This document shows positions 12,501 to 23,742 of a DNA stretch of 64,000 bases, piece after piece. Position 1 is the first letter of the stretch; each line of letters begins with the position of its first letter. A program made the position numbers and the translations under genes. The notes under the pieces were generated by a model that saw nothing but the letters and a program-made list of their open reading frames with translations, was not told the origin of the DNA and did not search any database. The stretch comes from Marsupella aquatica (lineage: Eukaryota > Plantae > Marchantiophyta): assembly GCA_973895155.1 (NCBI GenBank), contig OZ316895.1, positions 13,441,186 to 13,505,185 of the forward strand, written 5' to 3'.

Positions 12501-15463
12501 CATCAGTTATTTCACAGAGTGGTAAAATTAACAACATGGGACTTTGGAGCCCTTTGGCGAGGATGCAGTGTGAGGTTTTTGGATCTTCCATTGGACGGCA
12601 AGCGCAGAACGAAAGAGGGAAGAGATCTAGTGTCCAAAAAATTCCTTGGAGATTATTGCGAAGTGAGCTGCCGGAGAGAGGGCCCAAAAATTCAAGGGTA
12701 CATGCTAAATTGAAACTTGTCCAAAGATTATTCAATGGTCAAGATGAGCCCTCAAGTCGAGAAGAATCACCTAGGCTGGGATTACAGTCTCAGAGACAAG
12801 TGGGCGGTACTCCGACTGAAGATGTGAATATCATTAGAATATTTCAAACTAGAAATCTCCGAACACCTATTACATTTTCAGAAGACTCTGAAGAGAGATC
12901 AGAGGAGGCTGCAAATGACAGAGAGACTGCTGTAATCTCAAATGTTGTTGAAGAGATCCTGGGAGGTGAGATTGTTCATGAAACAGTTACAGAAAATGTG
13001 GAGAGTGGAAACAACTCTACAGAAAATCTTTTTGTTTTAAATTCTAATTCACTAGAAAATAGTGGGGGGTAAGTTCTCCCGACACTATTCAAGATAGAGT
13101 AGAGGTGACAAGACCCAGCAAGAAAATCAGAGATCAGATGATTAGAAAAGATAGACTTACCATTGCAAATCTAAAAAAAACACAAAATTAAAGATATTTT
13201 TAAGTATCCCTGTTGTGACAAGTTTTGCTTGAGGTCTCTGGGTCTAGAGGAATGCTCAAAACAACGCAAGTATTATTTTGGTCTTAAACACTTGCAAAAA
13301 AATATTTTGCTACGAGGTTGTATCATGAACAACTGTAGTACTTCTCGTGGATATAGTGTAAATGGACAACCTATATGTAGAGGAGGATTCAAGAAACTAT
13401 ATTCTTTAGGTAATAATAGATTGGCAACAATCCATGCAAACATGTTTACAAGGATTGAACGAGATACCTTTTGTAAGGAAGACTCACCTTCATTTCTAAA
13501 CTTGGTGGAATGGTTGAAAGATTTTTTCCAAAAAAATATGGATAGTCTTCCCCATAAAGAGATTCATCACTTGCCAGACAATTGGACAAAGCAAGAGATA
13601 CATGGAATCTTTGAAGCTGAAACAATGTTGCGAGAAGAACAACAAGTTACATATTCTTATTTTTGCGTGTTTGGAAAAAAAAGTTTCCAAATGTACGAAT
13701 TCCTAAAAGGAGCCGATTTTCTACTTGTGGTCCTTGTACTGAATTCAAGGCTCTTCGGGACAAAGCAACAACTGAAGAGGATAAAAGTAAGTTCCACTAA
13801 CTATAACCTTCAACTTTAATTTGATGACATGTAATTCAATATTTATCAAAGTTTATCCTTAGTTATTGATTTTTAATTCATTGCTATTGTATCATTTCAG
13901 GAAAGTATATCAATGCCCTTGTGGAGCATCAAAAAGTACAATCATTGGAAATGATGAAGTTAGCCAAGCATCGTAAAAAATGCTATGATGAGCCCAACAA
14001 GTATTTGGGTATTTGTATAGATGGTATGGATCAAAAGAAAACAGAGCTACCACATTTTCTTCGTTGTCCAAAGAACATGGATGAAAAGTATTTTATTCCA
14101 ATACATGTTGTAGGTTGTCTCATCTTCAACAGGAACCTTGTAGCAAAAGTATTTTTGACATATCCCAATATCCATAATGATGCAAACTTGACCATACATG
14201 TTATTCAAAATGTATTGAATACATGGGATGGGACATTACCAAGAGTGTTATATCTTCAATTAGATAATACCACTCGGGAAAACAAAAATAAATTCTTGAT
14301 GGCTTATTAAAGTGGGTTTCTTGTTGGTCGGTCATACACATGACCAGATAGATCAGATGTTTAGTAAATTTTCGTCTAGGTTAAACAAGCACAAAGCATT
14401 TCGCTTGGAGACTCTTGAGGATATTATTCGACGAGCATATTCACCTGAAGCTTTGATCATATTTGTGGATGAAGTAGCCGATTTTTGAAAATTTGTCAAT
14501 GAAAACGACCAGCCAAATGAGAAGGGAGTCTCAGGTAGAGTCTTGAGAGATCTCAATCTCATAACTTTTCAAAGACAATTCAGATTCAAACGAGTCATGG
14601 AGGATGGAAACAAAGAGACAAAATTTCATGGGAAACATCCTTCCACGACCCAGGATTGGGGAGATGCAATGACGTTCGTCAATTACATTCCAACCACAAG
14701 AATGTGGGTTGTTGCACAAATATCACTGAAGTCAGCAAAAGGTGTTGAGAGGGATGATGTCCATGATTCTTCCAATACTGATGGTGCATTAACTACTCTG
14801 GTGAAATATGAAAAAGCTATCCAGGAAGGTTTCAATTACTTTGACAATGAAGATAAACTTTGGTGGATGAGTTTTTTTGAGAAACAAAAAGATATTATCA
14901 AAAACCACCTAGAGGAAGGTGAGTGGTTATTTGAGTGGGTTTGGCCGCAACAAAATCAAGGTGCACAACTACTTCCAAGGGTGAGAAATGAACTTGTTGA
15001 AGAAGGTGTTGATCCAACTTTGGTTGACAAAGTTGCTGGACCACAGAGAATTATGTACTCCGGACCTCGACGAAAGCAAGTTGAATTTGGAGATTTCAGA
15101 GATATGGAAGTTAACAATAAGTGGTCCATGATATGTGTAGCGGCACACAAGGATCCAGAAGGCAAGTTGTTTTGGATGGCAAAGGTGTCAAAGATTTTGA
15201 CAAGAACTGCAGACATTCCTGAGAGAATCAAAATCACATGGTACACAACTGAGGCAAGTGCTGAGTCTGCTATTGATGGGAAATATTTTCCAGAGAAAGA
15301 TAATATATCTAATCGACTTCTCCAAGATGAACTAGTTCTATCATCAACAGCGGTGTATGCATACAACTTTGCGCTTTTAAGTACTAATCAAATAGCAGCA
15401 AAAACTAAAAAAATTATAGAGTCTACTATATTAGAGAGAGGTTCTGCACACTCAGAGGATTGA
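11615..15463 (+). pseudogene. S1 transposase (Sola1-like DDE family), disrupted
   Basis: Motifs ICIDGMDQ, LYLQLDNTTRENKN and FLLVGHTHDQIDQMFS, with upstream Cys clusters. Intron 13787-13900. Has frameshifts, a small deletion near 14310 and stops. Homologous to 35065-38808. Confidence 0.85.
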
Positions 15464-15474
15464 GATTGATGTCC

Positions 15475-16419
15475 TTAAACAGGTACATGGATCAATTTTA
15501 GAATTTGATCTCGAATGAATTTTTTAAGGTTACATGCTCTTTTACAATTGTACCATTTTTCAGTAAATAAAGACTGTGCATCAAGGCATTGTGTAATATG
15601 CCATTGAATTCTGATTTTGTCCATATTTTGAAGAACAAATAGACCACAATCTGAATTGTTTGGTTGTTGAGGTACGTGAGAAAGAATCTTAAAGTTAGTC
15701 CAAAGTGTTTAATAATTGAACTAAATAAAAGTTGAAATAACTTTTCAAATCCTTACCATTGGATTGTATATCTCCACAACTCCCATTGGAACTTTTCCAA
15801 AAAATAATTCCCATTCCATTGTAAAATATCTGCAAATTATCATTCAAAGTTCTTAGTCCAAAGTGTTGATATTTATGTACCACATAAATAAATTCAAATT
15901 GAAAAAATGTAATAGAATATATACGTACCTGCTTAGTATTGATCCAATTACATGGGTTGAGTGTAGACCGGCGAGAGAGTCTAGATGATACATTTTGATC
16001 GAAGATTCAATCCGATCCAAACATATTACAACCAGACTCCAGTGCATGCTCATGTGAATTGGCATGAGAATGACCTCAATTTGGGAAAATGGTGGCTTGT
16101 AATAATTCTGCATCTTTTGAATTGATTCCAACAAGGTCTCGGCTGGTTCTGTTTCAATCCTTGAAACAAGCCAAGGGTAAAAAAAAGAGGATAATGTGTT
16201 TACTGAGGGAGCCAGATCTCCATGTTCCCCGGTTATTAATTGTGGGTAAAATTCCATTATTTCATCACCCAAATATTGACCGGGTTCAAGTTGGCTCAAT
16301 GTTTTATTGTCCAAAAGAAATCCACTAGAAGGATTGTGTGAGAATCTATGCCGAACATGTTTCAATACAAAATCCTCCTTTGGTTCCTGCAAAGACATTA
16401 CTTTGTGAAATAAGAACAT
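15475..16419 (-). CDS. Ulp1-family (C48) SUMO/ubiquitin-like protease carried by S1, three exons
   Basis: YLGDEIMEFY, SSFFY, PIHMSMHWSL (His) and HLDSL (Asp) in 15929-16419. Short exon ~15757-15829. Last exon has VPQQPNNSDCGLFV (Gln/Cys) at ~15635-15676 and a stop at 15475-15477. Confidence 0.85.
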
Positions 16420-16498
16420 AGTCCAATCATAATCTTCCTCAATATTTCACAAGTTTGGATCAATAGATACAACATGAGAGAACTAATCAAACTTAAGT

Positions 16499-19400
16499 CT
16501 ACACCTCAAGGAATGAGCCAAGATCAAGTGTCGGAGCTTCATGTTCCACTTCATCCTCTTCATCCTCATCATTGTCGTTCTCCTCCGCGGTTGTAATAAT
16601 GCAAGTTCCAGTGGTGAGGGTGCTCGTAGTACCACCAATAGGTGGTTGAACCTCAAAGCTCATGGGTCCTGTACCCGCCTCGGTTGCTTCATCATTCAAG
16701 TCCCATGATTCATCAAGCGTGACAAGTCGGGTCCGGATACAATCCCCCTGGCTTGCACTGAGCTCCACGGCTATCACCGGACGTTTCCCTAACAAGGCAG
16801 CGCATGAGGTCAAACCACTCCCCGCACATAAATTAGCAACCCAATCCCCTACTTCACTAAAATGTTGAACGAACCAATCTGCTAAAGCTATCAGTTTCTG
16901 GTAAGGGTTCACTATTTCTCCCAATGGTGTTACATATTTCTTTGTAACACAAGGGACTTTTATGATGTTTATCCTTTTCTCATCATGTTCAAAATTGTAC
17001 ATGTCTCTGGTCCTCATACCACTCTCGTGATAATATCCGATTGACCAGTTTTCAAAAGCCCAAGCCAATCGATTCCCGGAAGGATGAGCATGTACATTTG
17101 GCTTCTCCCAAATTCCAGCCTCTACACCTGCGTTACAAGTTTTTCCAAGAGCATTCATCACAGACCAAGTTTGCTGCAAAGAGTGAATCACAACAAATCT
17201 CCACATCTTTGAACTTGTCACCTTGGCAAAACAATTCACCATATCCACAATATCACTCTCTGAAAATGGGACCTCATCATTTTCAGAGCCAGGCGCATTG
17301 AATCCATAAGGAATGTCTGCAATTGCAAGTGTGTAATTCCTTTTCTCTACAAACTTATCCAGCGCCCTGACATCTCCACAATGCAATGTATATCTGATAA
17401 AATTTCCGTCAGCGTTTTTCCATCGATGGTCACTCGACTCTGCTTCAACCGTTTCAATCCCACGACGACGGTTGTAGTTCTCAATCGCTTCTTGAACGTA
17501 ATTCTTAAACCCCGGGGGAATAACACTCGAAGTCAGCTCCTCCGTAGGCTTCTCAACCGCATTGGCACCAATTGCATCTTTGTTCTTCTTCTTCGAAAAA
17601 GCTTTCAACTGCAAACGCAAACTTGTTAAAAGAATCTGGAGGAAAGACAATGGGGAGATAACCATTTAGGAATTCAAACAATCAAATCTGGATGACGAAT
17701 GCGACATGGGATACTCCGTATCCTAATTTGTATTCAACCAAGCAAAAACCACTGTCAAACATCACCACTGTCAAATAACCACAAGTGAATCCGAGATGGG
17801 ATACCCCGTATCCCACTTCACATTCGACCAAGCAAAAACCACATTGAAACATCTCAAATGTCAAATAACCACATTGAATACGAGATGGGATACCGCATAT
17901 CCCACTTCGAATTCAACTAAGCAAAAACCACATTGAAACATCACAAACTTCAAATAACCATAAGTGAATCCGAGATGGGATACCGCGTATCCCACTTGGC
18001 ATTCAACCAAGAAAAAACCGCATTGAAACATCAACAACATCAAATAAGCACAAGTGAATCCGAGATGGGATACCCCGTATCCCACTTCGCATTCCAACAA
18101 GAAATCCATGAAGAAAACCTCCAAACATGGCGAAACAAATAGAAAAGTCCAATCAGTGGAAGGGGAGAACATACCACATCGGAAAATTTCCCACTCCATC
18201 TTTCAAGCTCGGCAGATTCTGTTTCTTTTGGAAACATTCGTTTGCAAGTCACCCAGTCTTTCTGCCCTGACAACTGAACAAAAAGCTTGCTAATTTTCAC
18301 AAGTTTCTTGTAACTCTCGACTTCTTTTGCCATCTGCTCCAAAGAGATCATCCGGTCCTTCACTCGGAGAAGAAGGGACTCCAAAAATTGGTCATGTTCA
18401 ATTCCCTGGATTGCTCTCCAAGGTGTCAAGGTAAGACCCCCTGCAAGCTTATTCAAAGCTTTTGGAATCGACTGCGCTTTTCCCTTTCCTTTCTTGAGTT
18501 TCTTGATAGGTGACTTCTGCATATTCTGCCCTTTGATCTCCAACTTGTTCCACATCTCAAAGATCTGGTCTTGGAGTTCCCAGACCTTACCCGACCTAAA
18601 CACAATTTGGAAGAGAGGCTCATGCTTCTTCAGGCTTGTGGCGTCCCCCGGAAAAAACCCGTCGAGGCAAACCTCCATCGCACACGCTTCTCTAGTCTCC
18701 TTGGTTTTTGCCATTCCTCTGGCAAGGAAAATCTTATGCATTGTTCGGATTTGATCAATGTTGTTCATTTTTTTCCTGTACTCCTGATCAATATTATGTT
18801 GGATGCTAAGTTTCTGAATGTCCTCCCTTGTGAGACCAGCATACACCCAAGCTTGGAGTTCATTGAAGATCTCTCTCCCATAAGCCTGATACAATTCTCT
18901 CTTGGCCTGAGCACCGTGATTACCTCCAATCACTCGATATTTCCAGCTTGTTGCCTTTTCTGGGTCCGAGTCTATCACTGTCGGGCAGTCTTCCGGGATC
19001 ACAAACAAGACAAATGGCGTCGTGAAATTTGTCGGATTTATTTTCATCAAAGTCTTGATGTTCTCCACATGCAACCGATCGACTGTTCGAACCAACATTG
19101 AGTTCTCGTCGTCAATATCGTCAAGAAGAAGGAGGTTAGTTGTTTTCAGAATAACTGTTGTCTTCTGAACTCGCTTAGTCTCCATCAACCGAGACACTTC
19201 TTCACGAACCACAAGTGTCTCTTCCCGCTGCAAAGCTGTGGTGATATCTGTTGAATCGTTTTTCTTTTCTTTAACAGCTCCTCTAGATGATAAAGAAAGC
19301 CCACCTGACGAAGTTGAAGGAATCTGAGGTGTCTGTGAAATTGGTGGGACCAAAGATGAGACAACACTTCCTGGTGCAAAAGGTGCGCGCTTCTGGATGT

Positions 19401-20133
19401 CACGTCGATCCAATTTGTTCTTGACAATAGCTTCTCCTGACACCGCTACTTTAGAACCTTCCCCAGAGAGTTGATCTGCAAGCTTCCTCTTTGCCGGTTC
19501 CTTAAGAGAAACTGTGGCAGATTTCTCCTTTGTCGAGGGTGTTCCAGACATCTCCCCTGACTTCAAAGCCGGATCGGTAGGCTTCGTCACTTTCAACTTC
19601 AAAGGCCGCTCTTTGACGCCAAAGTCAGCTCCAACAACTGACCTATACGCTACCTTCGTAAAATCCTCAACAACCCTCCAAGACTTCAAGACAAATTTCA
19701 AACACCAATAAGAAAAGTCCTCAATCTCCGGCACTTCCGAAATTAGCTGGCAGATTGGGTCATCAGGAAATGTGTTCATCAAGACCCGATCAAGTTTCTC
19801 GTAGTTGAGGACAACTACAATGAAGGCATTGTTCGGAAGAATGCAAAGGTACATTGGAATCTTCTTCAGCTGTTTTGTTTTTGAGTCGGTGATATCCGCC
19901 TCCCCGGTGTCCACGACTAATCCATAATGGCAATGGTCTTTACCCTTAACGATAACCAACCACACCACTGGACCTTCATAGGCTCTGTGAATATCCATCG
20001 CCCGAGCATCCCTGAAGTACCACCTATTCCTCATGAGTTTCTCCTCCGTGTAAAGGTCTTTCTTCCAAATCTCATCGACGATGGATGTCCGTGAAGACTG
20101 GGTCGAACCAGACGACTTTGATTTGTTCGACAT
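16499..20133 (-). CDS. ParB-like domain fused to a beta-class DNA amino-methyltransferase (N6A/N4C fold), ~1030 aa, two coding exons
   Basis: Exon 20133-18175 has VRTVDRLHVENIK...YRVIGGNHGAQA. Phase-0 GT-AG intron 18174-17636. Exon 17635-16499 has LHCGD, motif IV ADIPY, WEKP, motif X NPYQK, motif I NLCAGSGLT and VIAVEL, in beta-class order. No stops. Confidence 0.85.
17697..18095. repeat. Five ~90-bp units, each with the palindrome GAAT.CGAGATGGGATAC-NNN-GTATCCCA...ATTC, filling the ParB-MTase intron
   Basis: Units start at 17697, 17787, 17876, 17966 and 18056. Confidence 0.92.
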
Positions 20134-20234
20134 GATCCTGAAAAAGATTGACACACTTAGAACCAGACCAAACCACTTGGCATCCAACATCAACAATTGC
20201 CAAGTCTGATGCAAAGAACGAACAAGAGGGAGTT

Positions 20235-20613
20235 GAATGCGAAATGGGATACGCGGTATCCCAGTTCATATTCAAAGTCAAGAAAGAGCGAGGAGGTTCG
20301 GATGGAAGACTAAAAAGAGGGTGTTCAATGCGAGATGGGATACGCGGTATCCCATCTCGTATTCAATATTGAAAAGAAGGCCAAATAATAGAGTTGAATA
20401 CAAATGGGGATACGGCGTATCCCTCTCAGGATTCAACAATTAACCAAACGAGGAGGGGAGAGTTTCTTCAGGTTTTACCAATTTTTTGGTTTCGATTCGA
20501 GCAAATACGAAAAGCTATAGAGATGTTGCGGCCCGAGAAAAATGCGGAGGTAAACAAAGTTGATAAGAAAAAGAAATGAGAGTAATTTTTCTGACCAGGC
20601 ACTCCTATTTATA
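20235..20613 (-). promoter_or_regulatory. 5' region of the ParB-MTase gene: three palindromes in a putative 5'-UTR intron, plus a TATA box
   Basis: Palindromes at ~20235, 20326 and 20395. Splice acceptor TTTTCAG at 20138, just before the ATG. TATAAATA at 20613-20606. Confidence 0.55.
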
Positions 20614-20967
20614 CTTTATCACCTTCGTATCCACAGGCGATAAGGTCTCCACAGGCGATAATGTGTATCCAAAAGCGTAGGGTTGGAGTCCGGATGTCTA
20701 TGTATATTTTTTTCTCTTGATGGGACTAGAGATAAGGCATATCCCCAAGTCCTTGTATTCAACCAAATAGATTTTACGCGTAGCGAATTGGGTAACTCTT
20801 TATTCATTCAGAATTGTGCCACAAAAAAAACTAAGTTGATATTCTTAAAAAGAGTCTTTACAAAGAGCCCATTCAAGATGGCTCTAAACCAGACTAGAAG
20901 CTTTCCCATACATTTCCAAGAGCCTCGCTTGCTCATCTTTCTTAAGATTGTGCCAGTCTTCTTGAAA

Positions 20968-21435
20968 TCAATTTAGGTCAGACCTTGAAAATAAACCTAA
21001 GAAATTGATTGGAGGAAGATTTGGTGTTTCCATCCTAACAAAAGCTTCAATATGAACATTCTGAAGGGGTTTTCCATCGGGAATGCTTGTCAGCATTTCA
21101 TTTACTTCCTCAAGCTGGCTTTTTGCTAGTCTAAGAATACCCCAGACTCGTGTACAAATTACGAGCTGGTTCCATTTCTTGGAGGTGCATCCAAGCCACA
21201 CCATGGTTTTTAATCGCATCAATCTTTCATCAGCTTGGTTCTTGGAGGAATCAAACTCATCCTCTATACAACAAACTTTCAAAATGGGCCAAATGAACGT
21301 TTCAACAATCTCGTCAGGAAGTCCATCCAAAAGCAATCCGGATTCCCTTTGGCCACTTTTTTGTTGAATTTGTTCCTTCTCTTTGTCGAATGACATCGCT
21401 AACCTTGTAAAGACAGGGTTCTCAGTGACTGCCAT
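20968..21435 (-). CDS. F-box-like protein carried by S1
   Basis: LLDGLPDEIVETFIW...LGCTSKKWNQLV fits the F-box consensus with an insertion. Confidence 0.55.
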   Translation of the reverse strand: MAVTENPVFTRLAMSFDKEKEQIQQKSGQRESGLLLDGLPDEIVETFIWPILKVCCIEDEFDSSKNQADERLMRLKTMVWLGCTSKKWNQLVICTRVWGILRLAKSQLEEVNEMLTSIPDGKPLQNVHIEAFVRMETPNLPPINFLGLFSRSDLN

Positions 21436-21611
21436 TCCAAAATAAGAGTGGATACCTGGAGTAATAAATGAGATGGTGAGCTCTTTCTCAGCAACCTACA
21501 AAATAGTGATGGAAAAACTGATTTTATTTCTTTGATCAAAATAAAAATATATTCACAAAATGTTTGACCCAAGAACGTTCACCTAAACACTTACACACTA
21601 ATCAAGAAAAT

Positions 21612-21947
21612 TCAACGCGATAAGTTAACCCAAGGATCTTCGTTCCAAATCCGACAACAAAAATATGCCAATCGATGATATTTGTTTTGGGCATCACGAC
21701 AATAGTTACAAGAAGAATTAACAGAGTGCAGACAACCACTCAAACATATTCTCGACCGAATCGGAACTCCATCCTCATTTTTTTCACAAAACTCTATTCG
21801 AAGTGGATTCAAACTATCATGTGGATCCACGCCTCCGGTCCATAGCGCGCCTAATCCAGCACGAAGAACTTTGAGTGCAACTAATCGCTTATACAATCGA
21901 CGAGCACATTTCTCAAGGTTTTGATTCTGAACCGCCATTAGACTCAC
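21612..21947 (-). CDS. Small Cys-rich ORF of unknown function within S1
   Basis: 111-aa open frame containing CLSGCLH..CNYC; minus-strand TATA box at 22691-22700. Confidence 0.35.
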   Translation of the reverse strand: MSLMAVQNQNLEKCARRLYKRLVALKVLRAGLGALWTGGVDPHDSLNPLRIEFCEKNEDGVPIRSRICLSGCLHSVNSSCNYCRDAQNKYHRLAYFCCRIWNEDPWVNLSR

Positions 21948-22129
21948 AAGAGAAAACTTCGTTTTTCAAGGAAAGCTTAAGCTTGAGTGGGTGTCGGTCA
22001 CTGAAAGGCAGCAAGAGCTTCAGTGCGTACAGTTCAGTTGAACTTCGCCTGTGAAACAATCAGTAATCCATAAGGTTTTTCCCATCATTCAAATAAACTC
22101 TAGGTAAATACCACATGGGCAATCAAAAC

Positions 22130-22895
22130 TGGACATTTGAAGAGTGAATCCCAAACGGGATACGCCGTATCCCATTTCACATTCAACGTTGAGGTTTTGA
22201 CATTTATGTTCTAAGATGCTTCATTTTCGCAGGTTGGATGCGACATGGGATACCCCGTATCCCACTTCGCATCGATCCAACCTCCTTTTTTAGCTAAAGA
22301 GAAAACAAACTGGACATTTGAAGAGTGAATCCCAAACGGGATACGCCGTATCCCATTTCGCATTCAACGTTGAGGTTTTGACATTTGGAGTCTACGATAC
22401 TTTATATTCGGAGGTTGGATGCAACATGGGATACCCCGTATCCCACTTTGCATCCAACCTCCTTTTTCAGCTAATATGAAACAAAAACTTGAAATTTGAG
22501 GGTTGAATCCCAAACAGGATACGCCGTATCCCATTTGGGATTCGTCCTCGCCATTTTCAAAATGATTCTCACCTATTCGTCAAAACTGATTTTCGGGGAA
22601 TACGAGTTTGTATAGACGGTGTGCATTCGTCGAGAGTAAGAGTATACAGAGCGAGAAAAAATGAGCATAAAATTCTCAAGAGTTGATCTCCTATTTATAG
22701 TTTTCTCACTAACCGTGGTTAGTATTTGACTGCAGTTGCATCGCAGTCGGTTAAATGTTACCATTGAGAAGAATTGTTTTGGAATATTCTTGTCGGGTAA
22801 ACCAATATCGGCACTTTTACTGCGTTTTTTTTTTTTTTTTGGAATTCTGCGGTTGGATCCAAAATGGGATACGCCGTATCCCATCTTTGTATTCG
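22130..22895. repeat. Right subterminal palindrome array of S1 (90-bp spacing, 180-bp higher-order dimer)
   Basis: GGGATAC-NNN-GTATCCC units at ~22146, 22236, 22326, 22416, 22505 and 22853. The last one mirrors 10838-10873. Confidence 0.9.
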
Positions 22896-23050
22896 TGTCG
22901 ATTTTTCCTATTTTTTCAATTCGAAAAACTAGTTTTTAGTGGGAATACTAATTCCGTATCCAAGAATTTTTTGCCTTAGAAACTTTTTTCGCCGCGGGCA
23001 AAACGAGAAGTGTGGTCACACTTCTCGTTTGGTCCGTCACCGTGTTTGAG

Positions 23051-23521
23051 ATGATGTCGCAGGGAAATCCTGCTACACAATCAGAAGTGTCAAATATGGA
23101 TGCAGATTCTTTGAAGAAGAGTGTAGCCAATTCTCGATCATCAGCACAAAACACTCGTGCCAAAGTCATGACTCGCAACCAAGGTATGAATAATGTCATG
23201 TATAAGCCACCCAGGAAAGCCAAGAAGAACAGCCAGGGTAAGGTGGAGGTGATAGCCACAGCAGAGCCAGTCCATAATCTTCTATCATGGGAGGATGACT
23301 CGCAGGTATGTGTGGGTACAGGCATTTTGCGACCGGATCATGCTAAATTCCATGGCAAAGTGGTCCCGGATGACCATGTAGTAGTGTTGTTGACTACAGT
23401 GATTGTATCTGATTGTAATTTGCCATTTCGGAATAGAGACGATGATCCACCTCAGGAAATAATTGCAGATGCAATAGGATCTCTTGTGCTCTGGCCATCA
23501 GAGTGTGTTAGTCTACAGTGA
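23051..23521 (+). pseudogene. 3' part of the CACTA accessory gene, with a Tnp1/En/Spm-like C-terminal beta-barrel
   Basis: VGTGIL...FHGKVVPDDHVVVLL...LPF...DAIGSLVLWP. Confidence 0.75.
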
Positions 23522-23742
23522 CTGAATGCAAGTGTACGTTGGTTAGAATGCCTCACTAACCTAACCGAAGAAGGTGTCTTTGGACCAGAGGTAGCCCCCA
23601 GCGGATTATGGCAAGAACCAATGGAAGGTGACTTGGAAGAAGAAGACGAAGAGGTCGAGGACTGCTTTACAATAGAATCCACCTTTTTAGCTGCAATTCC
23701 GGAGGAAGTAAAGGATGTAGACCAATTGGATGAAACGGCTAA

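Larger units (their letters stand above)
10494..23046. mobile_element. Giant DDE DNA transposon S1 (Sola1-like), 12,553 bp
   Basis: ~35-bp TIR AACAC(A/G)GTGACGGACCAAACGAGAAGT(A/G)TGACCAC. 4-bp TSD TGAG (10490-10493 and 23047-23050). Excision restores the host ORF. Encodes a transposase. Confidence 0.92.

Noticed and set aside
16499-17665. Bacterial contamination or a restriction-modification operon
   Set aside because: The gene has GT-AG introns, lies between TIRs with a TSD inside plant TEs, and has no cognate nuclease.
17697-18095. CRISPR-like array (palindromic repeat plus ~50-bp spacer), also at 22146-22545
   Set aside because: Spacers are homologous to each other, repeats are degenerate, there are no cas genes, and this array sits in a spliceosomal intron.
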